64,000 bases of DNA. Origin: Octopus bimaculoides (Eukaryota). The position numbers and the translations under genes were made by a program. The DNA lies in assembly GCF_001194135.2 (NCBI RefSeq), contig NC_068982.1, positions 75,757,102-75,821,101 of the forward strand, read 5' to 3'. Of this stretch, positions 13,971 through 27,656 are shown one piece after another. Under the pieces are notes generated by a model. That model saw only the letters and a list, made by a program, of their open reading frames with translations. It was not told the origin of the DNA and made no database searches. How positions within the stretch are numbered: position 1 is the stretch's first letter; every line of letters starts with the position of its first letter.

Positions 13971-15469
13971 TGTGTTTAAAAAAGTTCACACACACGCACA
14001 TACAATGAGCTTGCATGACTCACATGTTAAAAATGGATAGTCTTCTCTAGATTTCTTACTTAAAAAGACCAAAAGTAATGACATTTGATGTAATTTTTTG
14101 AAAACAAAATGAAAAAAAATTATGAAAATAACACAAAAAATTTAAGAATCTTTCATTTCTTGCCCTCCTCTCCTGCATTTGCTTACAGACTAAACATTAT
14201 ACAACTACTAGAAAGCATTTGTCTTTACAAGCATGTTAACCTAAAGCTTTTCTTAGATGTATGTGGCACTGCTTGCAGCTGCCTCCTCATAAAACCTTCT
14301 GCATTATTAAGACAACTGCTATCTTACATTCTTTTTTTTTATTTTTACCTTTGTTCATCCCATAATAAGTAAACCTAAAAGAGATCTTCCATAACATTTT
14401 CCTCAGTGCAAATTATGCTTCTGAATTCTTTAAAACTTTTCCATCCTGAGATGACACTTTTGTGAGAGTTTAAATATTAAACATAATTAGTGATTAAAAA
14501 TAACAGAAATAATGAAAGAACAAAACAATCCTAAGTAAACTTGACACCAGCAAAGAAGATGAAAAAAGAAAGGTAAACAATGCATTCTTATGAAAGACTG
14601 AGTGTGAGTTTTGACCCTTTCTTCTTCCCTTCTCCTTCTCTCTCACTTTTACAAGCCACCTCAAAAATAGAAATTGTTACCCAAGAATGCACCTAAAAAT
14701 AAAATAAATGGAGAATGGGGAAAGCAAGAGAATGATAAGAAATATAATCAAGGATAAAAAGGAAAGAGTTAAAAAATACCAAAACAATTTTGAATTTTTT
14801 CTTTTCTTTTCTTTTTTTTTTAAGTATAGCAAACGAAAAAATGCACAAAAAAAAAAATAAATAGATACATAATTAACCAGCTAAGGTGTTGAAGGAGTAA
14901 AAGTAAATATAGAACATGAAGAAAATCTGAGTCAAGATATAAGGATTAGCAACAACAAGCTCTCAAAGACTTAGACAACTATAGCAACAGAAAGATAAGT
15001 GATTTAAGTGTTATAGAGGAAATAAAGGTTGAACTAAAATTAGAGAACGACATTGAATAATATTTTAAAAGCCCAGAGGAACTAAAAAAAAACACTGCTT
15101 ATACTTTTATTGTTATCTAATTTTTATGTCAGTTCAAAGTAAACATTAAAGGTTATTTTATGATTGGTTGATGGTAAAGTTTTATTTTTGAAAGATTTTT
15201 CCCATTGGAATAAGAAAATTCACAATGTATAGACAATTTCAAAGCTCTTGTGTGTATCTAAATATACAGTCAATGAATACATGCATATACTAACTGCAGT
15301 GCATTCATGTTTGACAATGCAATCAATATAATCAATCAATGAGCTCAATCTTCAATATTTAGATTTCCAGTTTTCCTGAAATCAAAAATTCAAGCTTAAA
15401 TAGTCAATAAAAATCCAATACAGAATGGGGGAAGGGGAGAGAAAAAATTTCTTATGATAATAATAATGA

Positions 15470-16075
15470 TTTCTTTATTAACCACTTTCGCACATGGCCA
15501 GCAATTTGAAGGGAGGGGATTAATTGTTACCATTAACCTCAGCACATCCGATAGGATGAAAGGCAAAATTGACCTCAAAATGTAAAAAGCTGGAACAAAT
15601 ACCACAAAACAATTTTTCCAATGCTCCAATGATTCTGTCAGCTTAATATTTTCTAGTATAGGCAAAAGGCTTGAAATTTTGGCAGAGGGGGTTAGTTGAT
15701 TAATTTGACCCTAGTGCTTGACTGGTACTTAATTTATCGACCATGAAAGGATGAAAGGCAAAAGCCAAATTTGAACTCAGAGTGTAAAGATGGATGAAAT
15801 GTCGCTAAGCATTCTGTCTGACATACTAATGATTCTGCCAGCTTGCCACTATAATAATGATAATCATTTCTAATATAGGTAAAAGGCCAGCAATTTTGAG
15901 GGGAGGGGCAAGACAATTACATCAGTTCCCAGTACTAGGCTGGTACTTTATTTTATCAACCCTGGAAGGATGAAAAGTAAAGTCGACCTTGATGGAATTT
16001 GAACTCAGAACATAAAGAGCTGGAAGAAATGCCACAAGCATTTTATCTGACATGTTAGTGATTCTACCAGCCAAT
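15470..16075 (-). mobile_element. Tandem array of ~3 tRNA-derived SINEs (family B)
   Basis: Repeated GGATGAAAGGCAAAGTCGACC/AATTTGAACTC units separated by (AAT)n. On the minus strand, A-box-like TGGCAGAATC and B-box-like GAGTTCAAATTCC. Confidence 0.8.
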
Positions 16076-16662
16076 AATAATAATGATAATAATAATAATA
16101 AATCACACAAAGAAAGCAGAAAATTAAAGTAATGAAAGTTCAATTTGAAAATGAAACTGAAACTATTCTAACCGACTATTGAATTGCCTTGGATGACAAA
16201 GATCCTGAAGACAATGAAAAAAACTATGTAAGATTAATTCGAAAAGAAAATGATTACAGTTAAGTACTTAATTAAGATAACATCATGTCTGCAACAACAG
16301 ATGAAATAATAAATTGATTAGAAAAATAGTAAAAAAATAAATAAATAAATAAATAAAAATTTAAAAACCCACATTGGATCAATAGATTTCTATTCAATTT
16401 GCCTTCCATCAATAATAGTAAATAAAAGTTCAACAATAATTAAAACTAAAATTTTCAAAACAAAACAGGCCAATGTGAGTATGTATGCATATATAAATAT
16501 GCACATACAACTGTATATACATACACAAAGTGTACACATTGTCAAACAGTATATACCATGCACATTTTTATGTGCATATATACATACACAAAGTATATAC
16601 ATTATCAAACAGTATATACCATGCAAATCTATATGTATGTATGCAGATTGTATGTGACTTTG

Positions 16663-16733
<71 letters not shown>

Positions 16734-18629
16734 ACACACACACCTATGTGACTGTGCATGTACATATTTACAATAAAAAAAAAAGTTTGCAAGTGTGTGA
16801 ATAAAACAAGGTACGTGTATGCATATGCATTAAGTATATATAAAATAAAATATAAAAACTAAGGACAAACAGTGACACCTTTCTTAAGAACGTTAAACAG
16901 TAATTTTATAACAACTAAAAGAAATTCTATTTTGAAACATAAAGGCCTAAATAAACATAGAAGGCAATTGAAAAAGTAAAAGTATTTTTTCAATAACTTA
17001 CTATAAAAATTAATGAAATCTGTGTGTGTAAAATCCTAACTGCTAGCAAGTCATTTTGAAGCATTTGTGCTGGAGGCCCATCTGACAAGAGATGTTACAG
17101 AATGCGGTTTATAGTCAGACTGTTTTTCCCCCTGTTATAAAGCTGCTTGTTGATTTGCACTTAAAAAGGTATCCTATTACAAAAGGACAGTGAAGATAAG
17201 TAATATACTATGGTACATATGGCACCCCCCACCCCATCTCATCCCCCTCCGCCTCCACGCAAACNNNNNNNNNNNNNNNNNNNNNNNNNNNNNNNNNNNN
17301 NNNNNNNNNNNNNNNNNNNNNNNNNNNACACACCTCCCCCACCCCCACCCTCTCTCTCCTCTCTCTTTCTCTCTCTCTCTCTCAGAGCTGATTCCAGAAC
17401 CCTCAGTAAAAATAACTGAGACATCCGTCAACATATACTCACACATACACTCACACAAAGTGGTCTGTTATGTAAATTTCTTTAACAACAACAAATAAAT
17501 AAAGTGATGCTCAGGTATGCAACACTCAAAAAAAGACAGTGAGAGAGAGAGAGAGAGAAAAGAATAGGAACATGATTTTAGTAGGGAAAAGTAAAAGTTA
17601 GGCTATATGAGATGCATCAGCAGCATAAATGCTGGTGGAACCTTTCTGTGCAAGAGTGCTGGTAGCACAGTAATTTGACAAACACACCATTCCAAATATT
17701 TTTGCAGTTCTGAAAGTTTTCAAGGTATTCTTTGATTTACCTTTACATGTAAAAATGAAAGCCTAACTGGATTATATTATGTTGTTATATTAATAATGTC
17801 TAACAAGAGAAAGGTATAGAAAGGTAATCTACACACAAACACACCTTGCCTTCTTCCCCCAATCTCTCTCTTTCCTCCTTCTTTCTTTCTTTCCTACCCT
17901 TTATTCTTTTTATAGAAGCATGCCTAGATCTACATACAGGCAGGGCAACATTATAATCTATTCCTAATGTTTTTAGTGATGAGATACAAGAAATTACTTT
18001 TTTCTCAGCTACACCTCCACTGCAGTCAGTGTATATAGGACCTCCAGACCTTCATAACTGCTGATATTTTGGTTTTCTACCATCTCCTCCCCCCTTTCTC
18101 TCCTTAACACATACAGTGTCAAGAGACACCTTTCTTCATTGATAAAAATAAAAATACTAATAATAAACGTGGCAGTGGTGGTAGGTATGAAAACAACAAC
18201 ACTGGTGATGATTCAACTTAGATTAACAGAAAAAGGAAATTAGCTGTAAGACTAGCAAAATTATATTTGAATTTTTTTCTTTTTTATTCCTTGCTTCTTT
18301 GGTATGTGTTATAGTGAAAGGTAAAGGGATGCAGTAAAATTCCTTGGTAATAAGGATAAAGTTAACAAAAATTATGTATTTTTAAACTTAATTTTTTGGC
18401 CACTTTCCAAAGATTTCCTAAAAACATCAGAAGAATAAATTTTGCAAATTTGAAATTTATATTTATTAGATAACTTTCAAACACCCACTAATCAACCAAC
18501 AATCCATAAAGGGAAACGGCACCTGTTCTCAGCCAAATACACTGGGGTAAGTAGAGCAATTTACTAGAAAGTGCATGAGCAATGCAACAAGGTTAGATTG
18601 TGATTGAGGTCAGTAGCCCAATACATTAA

Positions 18630-18849
18630 CCCCTTACCATTTAAAGTGGCTATATCCAGCCAAAATATCCTGCATATTTTATGTTAAAACTGCCCAGATG
18701 TGGCCTCTCTCACCTATCCTACAATATCATTCTAAAACATAACAGTTTCCTCATCAAAATCTTAAAGCCACATGAAAATGCATGATTAATTCAAAACAAT
18801 GTGAATAAATAAGCATAATTTTTGACAAAATAATGTGAATGCTAAAGGG
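18630..18849. mobile_element. piggyBac-type MITE, 220 bp
   Basis: TTAA at 18626-18629 and 18850-18853; TIRs CCCCTTACCATTTA / CCCTTTAGCATTCA. Confidence 0.85.
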
Positions 18850-18911
18850 TTAAACCTTACAATCACTTTGACAGTCCAATATCAGGGGAAAAAAACTCAG
18901 CATGACATGTG

Positions 18912-21900
18912 CAGGCATCCCTCGTGTTACAGCTACCTCAGGGTACAGGAATTTGGCCTTACAGAAATTGTGAAGTAAAACCATTACTTTCGGGATATGG
19001 CCTGTAATTTTGCTCTTAAAGAAACTCATATTGCATAGTTTTAAATTGTTAATGATTTAATATACTTCCTTCTAAGCTCAATGGTCACTTGCATTTTAGT
19101 TAAGATAAATATAGTCCATGATTTGAAAAACTATCATCAGGCTATACACATGCATGCACATACACACACACACCATCATCATCATTGCTTAACATCCATT
19201 TTTCATGGTGGCATGGGTTGGATGGTCTGTTAGGAGCTGGCCAGCCAAGGAGCCATCCCGACTCCATTTGTTTGTTGCAGCATAGTTTCTACAGCTGGAT
19301 GCCCTTCCTAATACCAATCACTTTACAGAGTGTGCTGGGTGCTTTTTACGTGCCACTGGCACAGGTGCGTTTACACAGCACTGGCGCAAGTGCATTTTAC
19401 ATGGTACTGGCACCTGTAAAGGATAAGCCTTTATATATGGATGACAATGATTTTACTTGGTTTGACGCATCTTCTCAAGCACAGCAAATCGCCACAACTC
19501 CTGATCCCTTGTCATTTCTTCAGTGAGGCCCAGCATCTGAAGATTCCTTCTCACCACTTTGTCCCACACCTTCTTTGGTCTACCCCTTCCACAGGTTTTC
19601 TCCACAATTAGAGCTTGGCACTTCTTTATGTAGCTATCCTCATCCATATGCATCACATGACTAAATCAGTGCAATTATCTCTTGCACACAACATCTGATG
19701 CCTCTTAAACCCAGTTTTCTTAAATCACTTATAAATAATGTACATAATGTGAGTACATATACAAACATGTATATGAATATGTCTGTCTGTATATGACCAC
19801 TACACCACCAACAATACCAGCCCATTGTCACAACTAAAGCAATAAAATCCACATCAACCCCCACTACCAACACACCTTTTGAATCCAACTGGCTATAAAA
19901 GTTATCAGCATGTGCACCAACACATATGCATAAGTGTGTGTGTGTGTGTGTGTGTAGTGATATATGTTTATGTCTTAGGTCAGACATGCAAGGGATGAAT
20001 TGCCAATAAAATCTGGTAATCCTTCAGCTAACTGTAATCATAGTACTTTCTCACTCCTTCACTGTTTCATCTCATTTTCATTGTTGCATCAATAGGAATA
20101 CGGCAATTTTCTACTCTCACAAATCAGATCTTTCCTGGGCCAATTCCTTTTACTACATATTTGTTGTAGATAATTTATTGCCACTACTGTGGGATTTACC
20201 TTTGTTTAAGATGTCTGGAAAGAAGCTATCAAGTTGATGTAAAGGTGGTAGTGCAAAAACAACTGTAAAGGGCTTACACTGGGTATTAAACTTGATGTTT
20301 AAAAAGACTTCATGTGAAAGTAAAACTAAGTTATACTGCCAAAACTAAGTTATACTGTTAAATCTTGTAACATCTACAGTGGGAACAATACATGACAACA
20401 GACAAGAAATTATATCAATTGCTCAAGAAGCTACTCCGTTGACTGTCTGAACCTTATTTTTCCATAGATCTAATATAATGCTTAAAATGGAATGACTTTT
20501 GATTGTATGGATCAATGATCAGAATCAGTGTAATGAACTGATAAACATGGTGGTAATTCAAAAAAGAGCCAAAAGTTTATATGACAATTTGCAGAAAAAG
20601 GAAGGTGAAACTTCTAATAAAAAAACCCTTTTTGGATGAGATGAAAGGCTTAAGAAGAATGTGAAATTGTACAACATAAAAATGATTGGTGAAGCTGCAA
20701 GCTATGACAGAGACTGCTACAAATTATTTTGAGCAGTTGAAGGAAATGACTGCTGAAGGCAGTTAAACACCAGGGCAAGTATACAACTTTTGTGAAAGTG
20801 CATACCTGCTAGAACTTTTATTTCTCAAGAAGAAAAAAAATCAACATCAAGATTTAAAGCTTCCAAAATTCATCTGACACTTCTTTTGTGAAAAAACGCC
20901 AGTAGTGGTATGAAATTAAAGCACCTACCCATGTCTCACTCTGAAAATTCAAGGACATTTACAGGTTACACAAAGATTAATCTACCTTTCAAATAAGAAG
21001 GAATGAATAACTAAGAACCTTTTCAAAGAGTGGTTTGTCCTACCATAAAAAGGTACTGTGCCGGACATACTTCCAACAAAGCATTGCTTCTTTTAGACAA
21101 TGCACTAAACCACCCATCAAACTGAGATGACCTTTCTGATAATGCAAGAGTAGAACATATACCCAAGAATACAACTTCTTTTTCAATGGATGAAAGTGTG
21201 ACAGCTAACTTCAAGGCATATCATATGAGAACTTTTAAATAACTTATAAAAGCAACTGACAGGGAAGATGAACCTACAGCTGGAGATTTCTGGAAGAAAT
21301 TCAACATAGTAGATGCTGTGAATAATATAGTCAAGTCATGGAATAAAGTAAAAACTTAACTCTGAATCGTGCTTGGGAAAATATATGGCCAGACTGTATC
21401 AGTAACATTACAAGTTTTCCTCAAACAGAAAGTCTACATCAAATTCAGAACGGTATAGAGACACATGCAAATGATGTTGGATTTGAAGATGTCATAGAAG
21501 ATATGATTGAGTCGATAGCACCCTAGAGAGAAAGTTTGTCTAATGAGGAGCTGATGCTGTTAGAAAAAGAACAAGCTGAAAATATAGATGAGACAATGGA
21601 AGTTCCAACTACACCACTTAAATTGACTACAAAAATTATTGCTAATGGACTGGCACTTATAGAGGAAAATCTGCAGGTTTTTGCTGATAATGATCCTAAT
21701 CGTGAATGTAATATAAAAATTACAAGGAGTTTACAATGAGCTCAGTTCCTATACTGAGCTGTACAAAGAGATGTGTCATAAACGACTTTGGATAAGATCT
21801 TGCTCTTCACCCCTCAAGATGATGATAATGAATTATAAGACAATAAATATTGTACAATAGTAAATATTGTCCCTCATCCTCCTGCTAATGCTCATTCCAC

Positions 21901-22230
21901 CACCACTCCTCACACATCTTTTGTATTAAGAATGTACTCTTACAAGATAATTTTTATTAACTCCCTAATGTATTCCTTGTGAAATAGTTTTGTGTTTTTA
22001 TCTATATTGTACTGTGTATGTTTAGAAATAGTTATTTTCATGTACAAAAGTGATTGTGTAACTTGTTCTCTGTTGTTTTCTTGTGGTCCCCCCGCCCCAA
22101 AAAGTCTGTAGGAATGCATTCTCACTTGATAATATGAAAATCAATAGGAAAATTAATTTTGCATTACATAATTTCAAGTTACAGCCAAATTTTCAGGAAT
22201 ACATTACTTCTGTAAAGTGAGAGATTCCTG
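18912..22230 (+). mobile_element. Tigger (pogo superfamily) transposon, full span, decayed transposase at ~20290-21830, nested RTE
   Basis: TIRs CAGGCATCCCTCGTGTTACAG / CAGGAATCTCTCACTTTACAG; right flank TA, left flank TG. TIGD1-like peptides LIVWINDQ...IQKRAKSLYDNL, IGEAAS, ARTFISQEEK, KNLFKEWF, and ORF 21536-21739 (LSNEELMLLE...DPN). Confidence 0.9.
19174..19718 (-). mobile_element. RTE LINE 3' fragment nested in Tigger
   Basis: ORF 19453-19656 (MDEDSYIKKC...GRGRPKKVWDKVVRRNL), the RTE C-terminus; (CAT)n tail at 19174. Confidence 0.85.
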
Positions 22231-22252
22231 TATCTGTATGTATGTGTGTATG

Positions 22253-22284
<32 letters not shown>

Positions 22285-22949
22285 CAGGTATGACTGTGTG
22301 GTTAAGAAGCTCAATTTGCATCCACATGGCACCTTGGGAAAGTATCTTTTACTTTAGACCTGGGCCTTGTGAGTGAATTTGGTATATGGAAACTGTGTAG
22401 AAGCCTTGAGTGTGTTTCCCCTTAGTTGGTTTGTTCACATCCCTGCAACTTAGTGGGTCAGCAAACGAGACCAATAGAATAAGTACCAGACTTAATTATT
22501 AAGTACTGGGGTGATTTGTTCAACCAAACCTTTCAAGGCAGTGCATCAGCATGGCTCTAGCCCAATGACTGGAAGAAGTAAATGATAAAGGAAATATATA
22601 AAATAAAGAACATACTCTTTTTTTCCCAGATTGCTATGATTTGAACAAGATCATGCTATCACATAGATCAAACTGTTTTCTTTATCTATATTAAGATTCC
22701 TACAAGATGGTGAACTTGTAGAATTGTTAGCATGTCAGGTAAAATGCTTAGTGGCATTCCATCTAGCTTTACATTCTGCGTTCAAATTCTACTAAGGTCG
22801 ACTTTGTCTTTCATTCTTTTGAGGTCCATAAAATAAGTACCAATCAAGCACTGGGACAAATGTAATCAACTAGTCCTTCCCTTGAAAATTTCTGGCCTTG
22901 TACCAAAATTTGAAACATTTATTAATATTCCTGCAGAGCCTTAGTTCTT

Positions 22950-24136
22950 CAGGTTATGTTGAACCACACTTAGCCTCAAATATTCTGCAACATATCTGAT
23001 CTCATTGTCTTTTATATTGAAAGTGGACACAAGTTTACAATGGCAAATCACTGATTCACTGTATTCGGTACTGAGAATGACAAAGTAGGCCGTTGAAGTG
23101 TTGCTTATTTGAACAAATTTGTGTTGATATGGATTCCCAGCACAAACGCTTACTTTTACACACAAAAGTTAGATGGCTCTCAAAAGGTATGATGTTATGT
23201 TGCATACTTGAACTCCAGAAGGAATTGCATGCAATTTTTAAAGAAGAAAAACAAGAACGCTTCTTGGAATATCTACAATGTGAATTTTGGGTTTCCAAGC
23301 TGGAATATTCAACAGAGATATTTGCACAACTTAGTAGTGTCAACACAAGTATGCAAGGTAGAAATGAAAACATTCTCACTTCAACATAAGCTGGTTTCAT
23401 TTAAAAAGAAAGTTGCAATTTGGAGAAATAGAGCTGAAGGTGGTAACTTCAAAATGTTTTCCTTAATATGTAAAAGCTTTATAAAGAAAACGATTCCTAT
23501 TGTATTTGAACATTTGACAAATCTGGAAGAAAAAATAAACTTTTATTTTCCGTCATTGAACACAGAAGAGTATGATTGGGTTCAGAATCCCTTCATAAAA
23601 ATTCCATCTAATAATGGTCAGAAAATATGTGAAGAGGAATTGGCATCTATATCCAGTGATTGCAGACTTAAAAATCAAGTATGTTGAGTTAACTATTGAT
23701 ATATTTTGGATTGCTATTATAGGGGGATACCTGTCAGTAGCAAAAAAAGCCGTATCCGTTTCAATGCAATTTTTCACATCATATTTATGTGAGTCGGGAT
23801 TTTCAACCCTCAATAACATCAAATTCCTCCAAAAAGAGAGGCTCTGTTGCATTGAAGAAATGAGGGTTTGTCTTTCTCACATATGTCCCAATATTGAAAA
23901 TGTTTCCAAAAAACATCAAGCACATGTTTCTCATTGATAACTTTGTTTCATATATAGAATGAAGAGCAAGCACAAGCAGTTTTTCTGTATTTTTAATTAT
24001 CTATATATTACTTAATTGTTTATGCTAATATGTATAAAACCCCTTTTGAATAAATTTAAGAATTTATGTACAAAGTGCACCAAAATATTTTGATTTCTTT
24101 TAAGGTGTGCCATGAGTAAAAGTTTGGGAACCACTG
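22950..24136 (+). mobile_element. 5'-truncated hAT transposon (Buster/Charlie, ZBED5/FAM200-like transposase), frameshifted
   Basis: Peptides KSRPLKCCLF...LLLHTKVRWLSKG, YDWVQNPF, FFTSYLCESGFS...HQAHVSH*. The right TIR GTTTGGGAACCACTG ends at 24136 and is followed by GCCTAGGC (nnnTAnnn). Confidence 0.9.
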
Positions 24137-24504
24137 GCCTAGGCAAATACCAAACTTGTACAGGATTATATTTTTAAAGTGAGAAAGCACCGTGTGCACA
24201 TCAGATAGTCTCACTTGCTCACAATATGCCCAGTGGCGAGATGAAGTCAAGACAACTAAGCTTGTATGAGAATGCAGGAGATTGCCAAAATTACTTAAAG
24301 AATCTTTAGACATTGCAACATCATCTACATTGGTATGTGTCAAGGCTATAAAACATCATTCTAGATGTTTGCCCAACATCACGGATTGTAAGTATGACAG
24401 TATATTGCTGCCTGCACCAGTTCCCCCCCCCCCCCGTTGGTATACTGTGTCATTTTCAAAGCTGTGAAGATGCAAGTTACTTGTTTCTTTGGGACCTAAT
24501 TTGA

Positions 24505-25446
24505 ATGAAATACAGACATGCCACTAACAATGTGGGCTATGAGTGCTGAGGACATGCATAGGCTTGAAAGAAATGAAGCTAGTATGATTTGCAGGATGTG
24601 TAATGTCAGTGTGCATGCACAACAGAGTGTGAGCACTCTGAGAGAAAAGTTGGACATAATAAGCATCATCAAATGTAGTGTGCAAGAGAGACAACTGCGC
24701 TGGTATGATCATGTGTTACTTATGGATGAGGACAGCTGTGTGAAGAAGTGCCACACCCAAACTGTGGAAGGAACCTGTAGAAGAGGTAGACCCAGGAAGA
24801 CATGGAGTGAAGTGGTAAAGCATGACCTTCGAACATTGGGCCTCACAGAGGCAACAACAGGAGACAAAGACCTTTGGAGGTATGCTATGATTGAGAAGAC
24901 CTGGCAACTAAAGTGAGACTGCAGCCATGGCCGATACCAGTGTTGCATGTCCAGCCCATTTAAAAGTACTCTTGATGCATCAGGCGATATGATATGCTTG
25001 AGGAGACCTGTCGAGTCAAGTAAAACCAAAATCGTAGCTGTGGCCAGTGACCCCTGACTGGCTCCCGTGCTGGTGGCATGTAAAATGCACCATCTGAATG
25101 TGGTCAATGCCATGACCACCTGATTGGCTCCCATGCTGGTAGCACATAAAAAGCACCATCCGAACGTGGCCGATGCCAGTGCTCCCTGACCAGCTCCCAT
25201 ACCAGTGGCACATAAAAAGCACTATCCAAATGTGATAACCACCTGACTGGCTCCTGTGCCAGTGACACGTAAAAATCACCCACTACACTCTCGGAGTGGT
25301 TGGCGTTAGGAAGGGCATCCAGCTGTAGAAACATTGCCAGATCAGATTGGAGCCTGGTGCAGCTGCTGGCTTTCCAGACCTCAGTCAAACTGTCCAACCC
25401 ATGCCAGCATGGAAAACCCACGTTAAACAATGATGATGATGATGAT
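24505..25446 (+). mobile_element. RTE LINE 3' fragment: ORF C-terminus, 3'UTR with tandem subrepeats, (GAT)n tail
   Basis: ORF 24518-24916 (RLERNEASM...LRWYDHV...GRPRKTWSEVVKHDL); ends ACGTTAAACAATGATGATGAT. Confidence 0.9.
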
Positions 25447-27656
25447 ATATACACACACACACACATTATAGGACAGTCACTGACTTCCCTGAGCTTAACT
25501 GCTTTTTGAAAGGTCTTATTTTTTATCCAGCAGAGTGTCCAAAGTCATCTTCTCACCAAGCAAGCTTGATAGGATTGCCAGTTTAGTCGCTGACAAACCT
25601 GATCATGCAACAGTTTATACTGAGTAACATGTTATCATTAGTGCTCACAAGGGGCCTGACATATGCATACTTGTAAATACCACAAATACAGACAAATCAT
25701 TAGCATTACTTTATATCAACATTCTATGCTGACATGGGTTTGACAAAATGCAAGTGATTGGGGGATGTCTTCCTCCAAAGTGTCATTTTTAGCATAATTT
25801 CTAGAGCTGAATGCCCTTTGTAACACCACCCACTCTGCAGAGTGCTTTTTTATGACACCAGCACTGTTAGAGTTGCCTCGCAGTTTGTAAAGCAAAAGAG
25901 AGCACCTCATGATGGAAGGAAAAAATTTATTGTGAGAGGATGATAATGTAGAGAATAACAGAGGCAACAGTATTAGGGGGGAAGTAGAGAGGGGGGAATG
26001 TAATGTCAGGGCTTAGTCTGAAGGAGATGGATAGGAAGTAGTAATGGAGAGAGTTAAGTAGGCAAACCCCATAACGGGATGGGTCAGCCGGTTTGGGTTG
26101 GATGATTTGTTAGAATCCAAGACCTGAGTAGGAGGTGCAGTGCTACCCCATGTTATATATGGATGGGTAGAATGTGGTGGAGGAGAATTAGATTAGATGA
26201 TAATGAGGATATATGAAGGTAACACATCCAAGAGAGCATGATGACAGGAGAGCCACAGAGGGTAGGTAAAGGTTGCCAGCATGCAATTCCTTCCAACTCA
26301 ATCATCATTATTCATGAGGAAGGTGTGGTAGAAGGATATAAGGGATGGAGGCATGGGGAAGAGAGATGCTCAATATGCACAAATCAAGTATTTCCCTCTT
26401 AGTTATGTCATGGCATGGTGAGTAGAGAAAATGAGAAGATACAGAAAAGGCACAATGGTTAGGATATGCACACATATATAAAACAAACACATATATGAAT
26501 ACTTGTGCATGCACAGACATTATATATACATATGAATGTAGGTATGTGTATACCTTTGTCAAGACATCACACGCTGATTGTAAATGAGCATCATTGTCAT
26601 ACAAGCAAGGTTGTTCATTTTCGGTCTTCAGTGAAGAACATGCCCGGCTATGGGAAAACTACCTTGCTTGGAAACAGGAGAGGGCTGGCAATAAAAATGG
26701 CAAGCATCCGTAGAAATCTGCCTCAACAAACTCTGTCAGACTCATGCAAACATGGAAAAGTGGACATTAAATGATGATATATATGAACACACAAAACAAA
26801 ACATGTACTTAACCATGTAGTCATAAAACAATATATATGAAACTGGGTGATAGCGATTTGTTTTTCAATCTCAGCTTAAACCATTGTTCCACATGCTTGT
26901 GTACCATAATGATGAAGCATTCTTCTTTTGCCCGGTATTTTGCTGTTCACTGTTAAAGTTTCCGTTTTATCAAGTCTAATGACAGCCAACTAGATTTCAC
27001 CATAAACCATTACGCAAAATTTTTCATAAGCTATTCTATATTCAAATAAACACCATCACTTTTGACAGGTACTAAACTAGAAGATAATATAAAATATCAT
27101 TGCAGTTAATGGTCTTTTACACATAGGCTGGACAAAATCTCAGTTACATTTATATACTTGTTGTACATAAAATATCCATTAATTGAAATAATAAATTTCA
27201 TTATACATCTGCATACTGACTACTAGTGCTGCTCATATAATCTTTGTATTCCTAAATATTGAATATAGCCAAATGTCTGATGCTTGGTAAGTTTCTATCT
27301 ATAATGGATTGACAGACTGAAAGAATGTTGAACACTAAACAGTGAAGCTGGACACTGTTTTACCCAGAGGAGGCAACAATGGTTCAGATAAGGTGTTAAG
27401 TTAAACTACTTCAAGAAAAGGTAAATTTAACTCAAAGATGAACACTACAATAAGATGGAAATATTGGTTGAATTTAACATGGCAATATACCTTAAAAGAT
27501 AAGGAACAACTTAAACATATTACGTAGATAAGTGATATATATTCTTGTTCAACTTGGAAATCACTGTTTATTATAAAGAAGGAAAGTAGATGTTAATACA
27601 AAAAGATTATGCTGCTTGTTTATTTGTTGCTCATATTACTAAACAAACTTATTTAA

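Noticed and set aside
16130-16320. Possible LINE ORF fragment (IALDDKDPED...) after an AAT tract
   Set aside because: Short, contains several stops, and has no diagnostic motif I can confirm.
25050-25290. CRISPR-like repeat array
   Set aside because: The units are contiguous degenerate tandem repeats in an RTE 3'UTR with no unique spacers, the context is eukaryotic, and there are no cas genes.
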